From: Squalus acanthias
Taxonomy: Eukaryota
DNA: 64,000 nt
Reading direction: 5' to 3'
Assembly: GCA_030390025.1 (NCBI GenBank)
Contig: CM059438.1
Coordinates: 53,632,001-53,696,000 of the forward strand
The first letter of the stretch is position 1. Each line of letters opens with the position of its first letter. A program made the position numbers and the translations under genes. Below the pieces are notes generated by a model that was given only the letters and a program-made list of their open reading frames with translations, searched no databases and was not told where the DNA came from. Below are positions 11,329-22,600 of the stretch, in pieces.

Positions 11329-11591
11329 TGGGCGCTTCTTTGTGTTTCTTTTACCTACAGATCAAGCGACCCGTAAATGTCCAATTACCTTACCTGTTTG
11401 CATTCGTGCTTTGGCTTATTGCATTTGGTGTACTACTGTGTTTTTATGTTTGTATGTTAATACAAGAGTGCTACCAGAAGCGGCAACGACGCGGTGATAG
11501 ACAGTGCCTGCTTCCAAGTAAAAATGGGGATACCACTGTGTTTAATAGCGTTAACATGCATTGTTTCGGGAATGGAAAGGGGCTCCCGTAA
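11328..11591 (+). CDS. Putative small accessory membrane protein (87 aa; TM plus polybasic tract)
   Basis: ATG overlaps the pol stop (TAATG); MGASLC..., hydrophobic LPYLFAFVLWLIAFGVLLCFYVCMLI, then QKRQRRGDR. Confidence 0.4.
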   Translation: MGASLCFFYLQIKRPVNVQLPYLFAFVLWLIAFGVLLCFYVCMLIQECYQKRQRRGDRQCLLPSKNGDTTVFNSVNMHCFGNGKGLP

Positions 11592-12934
11592 GCGAAGAGA
11601 GCTCCAGGTGAATACCTTTGTATATATGTCGTATGAATACGTAAAGGAGACAGGGCAAAGTAGCTGTTGGGTGTGTAGCCATATTCCGATCCATAGTAAG
11701 GGTGGGATACCACTGCGGCCCATACCCCTGAATCTCACGGAACTAGCAGAATTTGCGCTTAATGACCAGAACAGCTATCATGACGTCACGAGGGAGGAGT
11801 TCCGAGGTGGAGGGTACCCATTGGAACGATTTAAGGGATGTTACAAACCCAAGTACAACTCTAGTAAAGATCCACCCTTCTTCGCCCTAACAAACACAAC
11901 CGGGGTCGGAAGACCCGTCGGGGAAATATGTTGGACAAGGAGTGTAAGTAGAGGGGTGAAGGTGAACCTAGAGGCAGGAAATAGTAATTGCACCCAAACC
12001 TTTGTGACATATGAGGAGGGGAACACGGCATTTGAAAGCTGGTGGTTTAATACCACTGGTCTGCTAAACTTAACGAGTAACCAACCGTGGAATGGGACCC
12101 GACGGGCCACAGATAGTCAGATGGGTTTCACTATCTTTCGGGCAAACATGGATATGACGGCCTACAATGGAACATATTTTATATGCGGGAACAAGGCGTA
12201 CCCATGGCTGCCCAGAGATTGGACCGGGTCATGTTACCTGGGATACGTCATGCCTTATGTATACCATCTCAAATCCCTCACGGAGCACCATTGTTATCGA
12301 ACCAGGCGAGGAATTACGGAGACTGAGCGATTCTTCGCCGTCGCCTTCCCCCACTGGGAGGGTGGGTAAATTAGCACGGGAAATCATTAACGATGCCCAA
12401 ATTCTCGAGAAGGTAGCCAACGACACCACAGAAGCCCTTGCAGAAATAAGCGCAGAAATGGTAGCCCTCAGGACAGTGGCCATGCAAAACAGGATGGCAC
12501 TGGACTACCTGCTTGCAAAGGAAGGAGGCACTTGCGCGGTGATCGGGCAAGAGTGTTGTACTTACATCCCTGATAGTTCGGAAAACATCACCAACTTGGT
12601 AAATCACATGAAGGAAGAGATTAAGAAATTACACCGGGAACCGACACAGTCATGGCTAGAATGGTTGGGGCTAACAGAATGGGGCCCCTGGATTATGCAC
12701 GTAATGGTTGTGATAGTGATGATATGTGTCGCTGTATGTTGCTTGATAACCTTGTTAAAGACATGTTGTAAGATTGCCACAACCCAACTAATGTCAGTCA
12801 GCGCCGTACGGGAAAAGGAGCCGTTGCTCGAAGACGAAGAAAAGGAAGGATACACCGATCTCCAGCCCAGGGAGGAAACGCATGACACCGTCGCCGGGGT
12901 AGCCAGCCCTCAAGAGATGAGCCAGTGGCTGTAG
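11524..12934 (+). pseudogene. env: Gamma-type Env with one +1 frameshift in the fusion-peptide region
   Basis: Signal peptide MGIPLCLIALTCIVSG, CWVC in SU, furin site RTRR (12298-12309), frameshift near 12355-12362, ISD QNRMALDYLLAKEGGTC with CX6CC, membrane anchor; splice acceptor at 11360/11361 and donor at 8143/8144. Confidence 0.92.
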
Positions 12935-13000
12935 CGTCGACCCCGTGAAGAGGCACGGAGCAGTGGTTTCCTGGGGGCAAGAAGGTCGTGCCCCCGGACC

Positions 13001-13012
13001 AACAGAAGGGAG
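13001..13012 (+). promoter_or_regulatory. Polypurine tract
   Basis: AACAGAAGGGAG immediately before the 3' LTR. Confidence 0.8.
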
Positions 13013-13525
13013 TGTTGGAGAAGAAAATTATTAAAGAAATGTCGGAGAAGAAAAACTCATCCAGTTAATGAACTTTAAATTCGCTGACACAGGACTTTAA
13101 CATGCTGCAATGGGTTGGCAGTCTGCCTTGTCAGACAACGTTACAACATACAGGGCTCGAGATAACACTGTCACATAGACGAGGCTGATCACATCAACTG
13201 TACCCTGACGTTAATTGAATTTATTTACCATGCTTAACAATTGTATACATAAAATTGATTGGATTCTAATAACTATCACGCGCTCATGTGAGCACGATGT
13301 GATCAATGATGGATGTATAAAATACTGTGCCCCGGAGTGACTTATCTGAGAGGTCGGTGACTGCACGCGGGTGCATCACTGCTCTCCCAGAGCGCTCTGA
13401 ATAAAGTGTACTCCCGCATTTAACCGTGTAAATTGAGTTTTATTGCTCAGTCGGGCTAAGTCGGGTAACGCGTCGACTCTCCTTCACGGTTGGTCCGCTT
13501 AAGGCTCCGATTAGCCCCTACAACA
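13013..13525 (+). repeat. 3' LTR (513 bp)
   Basis: Near-identical direct repeat of 7309-7821. Confidence 0.97.
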
Positions 13526-13645
13526 ATCCGGATAGTGGGTCTCCAGGAATTCACACAGATGAGGGTCGGCGCTCCCAGTGGAGAGTTTGTGCAGATCCAG
13601 CAGACTCTAGTTGACATTCTCCTCCATCTGCAGGGCTCTCTGCAA
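13526..13645 (-). pseudogene. Ferritin (heavy/middle-type) pseudogene fragment, 5' part
   Basis: Minus strand [37 protein letters not shown] continues in frame across the ERV TSD into 7308. Confidence 0.88.
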
Positions 13646-13734
13646 CGTCGAGCGGAGCCTCCCGCTCCCGGCCGAACAAGCGGACTGTAAAGAAGCTTAA
13701 AAAAAACCTAGATTAATTTTTAAAACTTATCTAA

Positions 13735-15535
13735 TTAAATTAAAATTTCATCGACCTGTGAGATGATGCACTCCAGTCCCCACGACGCCCACCTGTCCCG
13801 GAAGGCCTCGAGCTTGCTGGCGGACACCGCTTGCTCCATCTCCAGGGCCACCCGGGCGCGAACATAGCCGCGGAAGAGAGGCAGGCAATCGGGCTGGACG
13901 ACCCCCTCGACCGCCCGCTGCCTGGACCTATTAATGGCCACTTTGGCAAGGCCCAGGAGCAGTCCTACGAGGAGCTCCTCCGACCTGCCCTTTCCCCTCC
14001 GCACCGGGTGACCGTAGATCAGGAGCGTGGGACTGAAGTGCAACCAAAAATCAAGGAGCAGCCCCTTCAAATAATGAACACTCTCCGTATAGATATGAAA
14101 CACGGACTCCTCTAGGCCGCAGAAATGGCAAGCAGCCTGGGAGTCCGTGAACTTCCTTAAAATCTTAATGCACGGGACTGCTCCATGCAACACCCTCCAG
14201 GCCAAGTCCCCAATAGATAAAGTGAGGACTCCCGCGTAGAGAGCCCTCCATTGGGGACCTCCGCCTCCGCCGGACAGCAAGATGGCACGCCAAGGCGTGT
14301 CCGGACGGCAGGCGAAGATGGCAAAGTGGAGAGTGTGCAGGAGCAGCCCGTACAGGAAACCCCTCCGTGCAGAACTAAAAGGCACGGAGGGCATTTCCCC
14401 GAGACGGCTCAAGTTGTGAGGCGCCAGTTCCCGAGAGGGGTTTCGGGGTCGCGCACCGATGAGGAATTCCGTCCGAACAGGGGTCAGTTCAAACGGGATC
14501 GCCCCACGTGCTTGAGCCTCCTCGATACACCTAGTGGAGTCGGGGCCCAGTGCCACTTTCAGCTTCTCGATGGTGTCGGCCGCACACCGGACGCTGGCCC
14601 AGGAGAGGCGCCACGCCAACTCCTCCGGCGCCATCCAGCCCGCTCCTCCGCCATCGAGCAGGTCCCCGACCCTGGTCACCTTGCCAGGCACAGCCCTGCC
14701 CTCCACCAGCCACCCGATCCAGCGATTGCGGAGGTGCGGATTCCTGAGCAGCGGCTCCCGAAGGAGAGCCGCCACTCCTGACGGGGGAGAACTCCGCCTG
14801 GAGGCGACGCTGTTCCAGACCCATAGCAGTTCCTGGTAGAAGACAGGCAGCTCCCGCAGGCTGGCACGCGTACGACCCAATTCCACAAACAGGAGCTGAG
14901 GCCGTGCAGCTGGCGGAAGAAATACGTCGCCAGCGCACACCATCGAGGAGGATTCTCGACGTACAGGTATCTCTGCAGGGTCCTAAGACGGAAAGTCGCA
15001 GCCTGGGTGCGAAGGCACACCAGCGCCTGACCGCCCTCCCTAAGCGGGAGACTCAGAACCGCGGCAGAGACCCAGTGCTTCCCTTTGTCCCAGAAGAAGT
15101 TGATGAGCTTCTTCTGCATCTTGGCGACAAACGCAGGGGGCGGGATCAAAGTGACCAACCGGTACCACAACATGGCGGCCACCAGCTGGTTTATGACCAG
15201 CGCTCGACCCCTGTAGGACAACACTCGGAGCAGTCCCGTCCAGCGTCCTAGGCTAGCGGTGACTTTAGCCTCCAGCTCTTGCCAGTTCGCCAGCCAGGCA
15301 TCCTCGGTGGGGCTGAGGTAGACTCCCAAGTAGAGGAGGTGCGTGTTGCTCCAGGCGAAGGGCCTGAACTCCTCCGGCAGGAGTCCACCCGCCACTGGCC
15401 CACCAGGAGTCCAGAACATTTCTCCCAGTTGATCTTGGCGGAGGATGCGTCCGAGTAAATCTGCTGGCATTCTCGCAAACTCCGCAAGTCGACGGGATCC
15501 GTGACCATGAGGAGCACGTAATCGGCGGAAGCCGA
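13735..15535 (-). mobile_element. Tx1-clade (L1-like) LINE ORF2 fragment, 5'-truncated and frameshifted
   Basis: Degenerate ADD motif, SSAKINWEKC, YLGVYL, LSYRGRALVINQL, zf-RVT CHFCGLEESVFH; three overlapping frames. Confidence 0.85.
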
Positions 15536-15632
15536 ACTGATTGAATTATTGAGGTGCAGTTTGTCGCCAGACGCTCGAATGTCCTTCACATGACCTCAGG
15601 TTCACACTGGGCCTTCAATAGGCTGGATCACA

Positions 15633-16530
15633 GCCCCGCCCCTGGACACCGCCCCGCCCCCAGACACCGCCACACCCCCCGCCCCCGGACACTGTCCCGC
15701 CCCGCCACCCAGACACTGCCCCACCCCTCGCCCCCAGACACTGTCCCGCCCCGCCCCCCGGACACTGTCCACCCCGCCCCCCGGACACTGCCCCACCCCG
15801 CCCCCCGGACACTGCCCCACCCCCCGCCCCCCCCGGACACTGCCCCACCCCCCGCCCCCAGACACTGTCCCGCCCCCAGACACTGTCCCGCCCCACCCCC
15901 CCGGACACTGCCCCATCCCCACCCCCCAGACACTGCCCCATCCCCACCCCCCAGACACTGTCCCGCCCCACCCCCCGACACTGTCCGCCCCGCCCCCCGG
16001 ACACTGCCCCACCCCCCGCCCCCAGACACTGTCCCGCCCCGCCCCCCAGACACGATCCCGCCCCGCCCCCCGGACACTGTCCACCCCGCCCCCCGGACAC
16101 TGCCCCACCCCGCCCCCCGGACACTGCCCCACCCCCCGCCCCCAGACACTGTCCCGCCCCCAGACACTGTCCCGCCCCACCCCCCCGGACACTGCCCCAT
16201 CCCCACCCCCCAGACACTGCCCCATCCCCACCCCCCAGACACTGTCCCGCCCCACCCCCCGACACTGTCCGCCCCGCCCCCCGGACACTGCCCCACCCCC
16301 CGCCCCCAGACACTGTCCCGCCCCGCCCCCCAGACACGATCCCGCCCCGCCCCCCAGGACACTGCCCCACCCACCGGCCCGCCCCTGGACCATGTCCCGC
16401 CCCACCCCCGGATACTACCCGCCCACCGCCCCGTCCCCCCCCCCGCCCACCCACACAGCCCCGCCCACCGACCCGCCCCGGACACTGCCCCCCCCCCCAC
16501 ACACAGCCCCGCCCCCCGCCCCGCCCGCGG
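15633..16530 (+). repeat. C-rich minisatellite (CCCC(A/G)GACACTG(T/C)CCC(G/A)CCCC) rich in GC boxes
   Basis: Visible tandem units immediately upstream of the putative DYDC promoter. Confidence 0.9.
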
Positions 16531-16577
16531 ACACAGCCCCGCACGAGCAACGCCCACATCGAAAACCCCTGGCAAAC

Positions 16578-16664
16578 GTCACTTCCTGTGGAGACACCAT
16601 GGTTACGGAGAAGCCGCCGGAAAAAGCCCGTACCCATAGCAACACACAGAGATCCGGACATGGG
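16578..16664 (+). promoter_or_regulatory. Putative DYDC promoter and non-coding exon 1 with RFX X-box-like motifs
   Basis: GACACCATGGTTAC (16593-16606), GTACCCATAGCAAC (16630-16643), ETS-like CACTTCCTG, donor GG|GTGAGT at 16664/16665. Confidence 0.55.
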
Positions 16665-19600
16665 GTGAGTGATTAATACAGAGAGTGAGTGATTATTACA
16701 GAGAGTGAGTGATCAATACAGAGAGTGAGGGATTATTATAGAGAGTGAGTGATCAATACAGAGAGTGAGGGATTATTATAGAGAGTGAGTGATCAATACA
16801 GAGAGTGAGTGATCAATACAGAGAGTGAGTGATCAATACAGAGAGTGAGTGATCATTAGAGAGTGAGTGATCAATACAGATTGAGGGATTATTAGAGAGT
16901 GAGTGATCAATACAGAGTGAGGGATTATTAGAGAGTGAGTGATCAATAAGAGAGTGAGTGATCAATACAGAGAGTGAGTGATCAATACAGATTGAGGGAT
17001 TATTAGAGAGTGAGTGATCAATAAGAGAGTGAGTGATCAATACAGAGAGTGAGTGATCAATACAGAGAGTGAGTGATTATTACAGAGAGTGAGTGATCAA
17101 TACAGAGAGTGAGGGATCAATACAGAGAGTGAGTGATCAATACAGAGAGTGAGTGATCAATACAGAGAGTGAGTGATCATTACAGAGAGTGAGGGATCAA
17201 TACAGAGAGTGAGTGATTATTACAGAGAGTGAGTGATTAATACAGAGAGTGAGTGATTATTACAGAGAGTGAGTGATCAATACAGAGAGTGAGTGATCAA
17301 TACAGAGAGTGAGTGATCAGTACAGAGAGTGAGTGATCAATACATGGAGTGAGGGATCAATACATGGAGTGAGTGATCAATACAGAGAGTGAGGGATCAA
17401 TACAGAGAGTGAGTGATTATTACAGAGAGTGAGTGATCAATACAGAGAGTGAGTGATCAATACAGAGAGTGTGGAATCAATACAGAGAGTGAGTGATCAA
17501 TACAGAGAGTGAGTGATCAATACATGGAGTGAGTGATCAATACAGAGAGTGAGTGATCAATACAGAGAGTGAGTGATTATTACAGAGAGTGAGGGATCAA
17601 TACAGAGAGTGAGTGATCAATACAGAGAGTGAGTGATCAATACAGAGAGTGAGGGATCAATACAGAGAGTGAGGGATCAATACAGAGAGTGAGGGATCAA
17701 TACAGAGAGTGAGTGATCAATACAGAGAGTGAGTGATCAATACAGAGAGTGAGGGATCAATACAGAGAGTGAGGGATCAATACAGAGAGTGAGTGATCAA
17801 TACAGAGAGTGAGTGATCAATACAGAGAGTGAGGGATCAATACAGAGAGTGAGGGATCAATACAGAGAGTGAGTGATCAATACAGAGAGTGAGTGATTAT
17901 TACAGAGAGTGAGGGATCAATACAGAGAGTGAGTGATCAATACAGAGAGTGAGTGATCAATACAGAGAGTGAGGGATCAATACAGAGCGTGAGGGATCAA
18001 TACAGAGAGTGAGTGATTATTACAGAGAGTGAGTGATCAATACATGGAGTGAGGGATCAATACAGAGAGTGAGTGATCAATACAGAGAGTGAGTGATCAA
18101 TACAGAGAGTGAGTGATCAATACAGAGAGTGAGTGATTATTAGAGAGTGAGTGATCAATACATGGAGTGAGGGATCAATACAGAGAGTGAGTGATTATTA
18201 GAGAGTGAGTGATCAATACATGGAGTGAGGGATCAATACAGAGAGTGAGTGATTATTACAGAGAGTGAGTGATCAATACAGAGAGTGAGTGATCAATACA
18301 TGGAGTGAGGGATCAATACAGAGAGTGAGTGATTATTACAGAGAGTGAGTGATTATTACAGAGAGTGAGTGATCAATACAGAGAGTGAGTGATCAATACA
18401 GAGAGTGAGTGATCAATACAGAGAGTGAGTGATCAATACAGAGAGTGAGTGATCAATACAGAGAGTGAGTGATTATTACAGAGAGTGAGTGATCAATACA
18501 GAGAGTGAGTGATCAATACAGAGAGTGAGTGATCAATACAGAGAGTGAGTGATCAATACAGAGAGTGAGTGATCAATACACAGAGTGTGGGATCAATACA
18601 TGGAGTGAGGGATCAATACAGAGAGTGAGTGATCAATACAGAGAGTGAGTGATCAATACAGAGAGTGAGTGATCAATACATGGAGTGAGGGATCAATACA
18701 GAGAGTGAGTGATCAATACAGAGAGTGAGTGATCAATACATGGAGTGAGGGATCAATACAGAGAGTCAGTGATCAATACAGAGAGTGAGTGATCAATACA
18801 GAGAGTGAGTGATCAATACAGAGAGTGAGTGATCAATACAGAGAGTGAGTGATCAATACGGAGAGTGAGTGATCAATACAGAGAGTGAGTGATCAATACA
18901 GAGAGTGAGTGATCAATACAGAGAGTGAGTGATCAATACAGAGAGTGAGTGATCAATACAGAGAGTGAGGGATCAATACAGAGAGTGAGTGATCAATACA
19001 GAGAGTGAGGGATCAATACAGAGAGTGAGTGATCAATACAGAGAGTGAGTGATCAATACAGAGAGTGAGTGATCAATACAGAGAGTGAGGGATCAATACA
19101 GAGAGTGAGTGATCAATACAGAGAGTGAGTGATCAATACAGAGAGTGAGTGATCAATACAGAGAGTGAGTGATCAATACAGAGAGTGAGTGATCAATACA
19201 GAGAGTGAGTGATCAATACAGAGAGTGAGGGATCAATACAGAGAGTGAGTGATCAATACAGAGAGTGAGGGATCAATACAGAGAGTGAGTGATCAATACA
19301 GAGAGTGAGTGATCAATACAGAGAGTGAGGGATCAATACAGAGAGTGAGTGATCAATACAGAGAGTGAGTGATCAATACAGAGAGTGAGTGATCAATACA
19401 GAGAGTGAGTGATCAATACAGAGAGTGAGTGATTATTACAGAGAGTGAGTGATCAATACAGAGAGTGAGTGATCAATACAGAGAGTGAGGGATCAATACA
19501 GAGAGTGAGTGATCAATACAGAGAGTGAGTGATCAATACAGAGAGTGAGTGATCAATACAGAGAGTGAGTGATCAATACAGAGAGTGAGTGATCAATACA

Positions 19601-22600
19601 GAGAGTGAGTGATCAATACAGAGAGTGAGTGATCAATACAGAGAGTGAGTGATCAATACAGAGAGTGAGTGATCAATACAGAGAGTGAGTGATCAATACA
19701 GAGAGTGAGGGATCAATACAGGGAGTGAGTGATCAATACAGAGAGTGAGTGATCAATACAGAGAGTGAGTGATCAATACAGAGAGTGAGTGATCAATACA
19801 GAGAGTGAGTGATCAATACAGAGAGTGAGGGATCAATACAGAGAGTGAGTGATCAATACAGAGAGTGAGTGATCAATACAGAGAGTGAGTGATCATTACA
19901 GAGAGTGAGTGATCAATACAGAGAGTGAGTGATCAATACAGAGAGTGAGTGATCAATACAGAGAGTGAGTGATCAATACAGAGAGTGAGTGATCAACACA
20001 TGGAGTGAGTGATCAATACAGAGAGTGAGTGATTATTAGAGAGTGAGGGATCAATACAGAGAGTGAGTGATCAATACAGAGAGTGAGTGATTATTACAGA
20101 GAGTGAGTGATCAATACAGAGAGTGAGTGATCAATACAGAGAGTGAGTGATCAATACAGAGAGTGAGTGATCAATACAGAGAGTGAGTGATCAATACAGA
20201 GAGTGAGTGATCAATACAGAGAGTGAGTGATCAATACAGAGAGTGAGTGATCAATACAGAGAGTGAGTGATAATACAGAGAGTGAGTGATTATTACAGAG
20301 AGTGAGTGATCAATACAGAGAGTGAGTGATCAATACAGAGAGTGAGTGATCAATACAGAGAGTGAGTGATCAATACAGAGAGTGAGTGATTATTACAGAG
20401 AGTGAGTGATCAATACAGAGAGTGAGTGATCAATACAGAGAGTGAGTGATCAATACAGAGAGTGAGGGATCAATACAGAGAGTGAGTGATCAATACAGAG
20501 AGTGAGTGATTATTACAGAGAGTGAGTGATCAATACAGAGAGTGAGTGATCAATACAGAGAGTGAGGGATCAATACAGAGAGTGAGTGATCAATACAGAG
20601 AGTGAGTGATCAATACAGAGAGTGAGGGATCAATACAGAGAGTGAGTGATCAATACAGAGAGTGAGTGATCAATACAGAGAGTGAGTGATCAATACAGAG
20701 AGTGAGTGATCATACAGAGAGTGAGTGATCAATACAGAGAGTGAGTGATCAATACAGAGAGTGAGTGATCAATACAGAGAGTGAGTGATCAATACAGAGA
20801 GTGAGTGATCAATACAGAGAGTGAGTGATCAATACAGAGAGTGAGTGATCAATACAGAGAGTGAGTGATCAATACAGAGAGTGAGTGATCAATACAGAGA
20901 GTGAGTGATCAATACAGAGAGTGAGTGATCAATACAGAGAGTGAGTGATCAATACAGAGAGTGAGTGATCAATACAGAGAGTGAGTGATCAATACAGAGA
21001 GTGAGTGATCAATACAGAGAGTGAGTGATCAATACAGAGAGTGAGTGATCAATACAGAGAGTGAGTGATCAATACAGAGAGTGAGTGATCAATACAGAGA
21101 GTGAGTGATCAATACAGAGAGTGAGTGATCAATACAGAGAGTGAGTGATTATACAGAGAGTGAGTGATCAATACATGGAGTGAGGGATCAATACAGAGAG
21201 TGAGTGATCAATACAGAGAGTGAGTGATCAATACAGAGAGTGAGTGATCAATACATGAGAGTGAGTGATCAATACAGAGAGTGAGTGATCAATACAGAGA
21301 GTGAGTGATCAATACAGAGAGTGAGTGATCAATACAGAGAGTGAGTGATCAATACAGAGAGTGAGTGATCAATACAGAGAGTGAGTGATCAATACAGAGA
21401 GTGAGTGATCAATACAGAGAGTGAGTGATCAATACAGAGAGTGAGGGATCAATACAGAGAGTGAGTGATCAATACAGAGAGTGAGTGATCAATACAGAGA
21501 GTGAGTGATCAATACAGAGAGTGAGTGATCAATACAGAGAGTGAGTGATCAATACAGAGAGTGAGTGATCAATACAGAGAGTGAGGGATCAATACAGAGA
21601 GTGAGTGATCAATACAGAGAGTGAGTGATCAATACAGAGAGTGAGTGATCAATACATGGAGTGAGTGATCAATACAGAGAGTGAGTGATCAATACAGAGA
21701 GTGAGTGATCAATACAGAGAGTGAGTGATCAATACAGAGAGTGAGTGATCAATACAGAGAGTGAGTGATCAATACAGAGAGTGAGTGATCAATACAGAGA
21801 GTGAGTGATCAATACAGAGAGTGAGTGATCAATACAGAGAGTGAGTGATCAATACAGAGAGTGAGTGATCAATACAGAGAGTGAGTGATCAATACAGAGA
21901 GTGAGGGATCAATACAGAGAGTGAGTGATTATTACAGAGAGTGAGTGATCAATACATGGAGTGAGGGATCAATACAGAGAGTGAGTGATCAATACAGAGA
22001 GTGAGTGATCAATACAGAGAGTGAGTGATCAATACAGAGAGTGAGTGATCAATACAGAGAGTGAGTGATCAATACAGAGAGTGAGTGATCAATACAGAGA
22101 GTGAGTGATCAATACAGAGAGTGAGTGATCAATACAGAGAGTGAGTGATCAATACAGAGAGTGAGTGATCAATACAGAGAGTGAGTGATCAATACAGAGA
22201 GTGAGTGATCAATACAGAGAGTGAGTGATCAATACAGAGAGTGAGTGATCAATACAGAGAGTGAGTGATCAATACAGAGAGTGAGTGATCAATACAGAGA
22301 GTGAGGGATCAATACAGAGAGTGAGTGATCAATACAGAGAGTGAGTGATCAATACAGAGAGTGAGTGATCAATACAGAGAGTGATCAATACAGAGAGTGA
22401 GTGATCAATACAGAGAGTGAGTGATCAATACAGAGAGTGAGTGATCAATACAGAGAGTGAGTGATCAATACAGGAGTGAGTGATCAATACAGAGAGTGAG
22501 TGATCAATACAGAGAGTGAGTGATCAATACAGAGAGTGAGTGATCAATACAGAGAGTGAGTGATCAATACAGAGAGTGAGTGATCAATACAGAGAGTGAG

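Larger units (their letters stand above)
7309..13525 (+). mobile_element. Endogenous retrovirus, LTR-gag-(delta pro-RT)-RNaseH-IN-env-LTR
   Basis: TG...CA LTRs at 7309-7821 and 13013-13525, TSD ATCCG at 7304-7308 and 13526-13530, PBS, PPT and retroviral ORFs. Confidence 0.97.

Noticed and set aside
15554..16676. 260-360-aa ORFs on both strands
   Set aside because: Tandem-repeat artefacts
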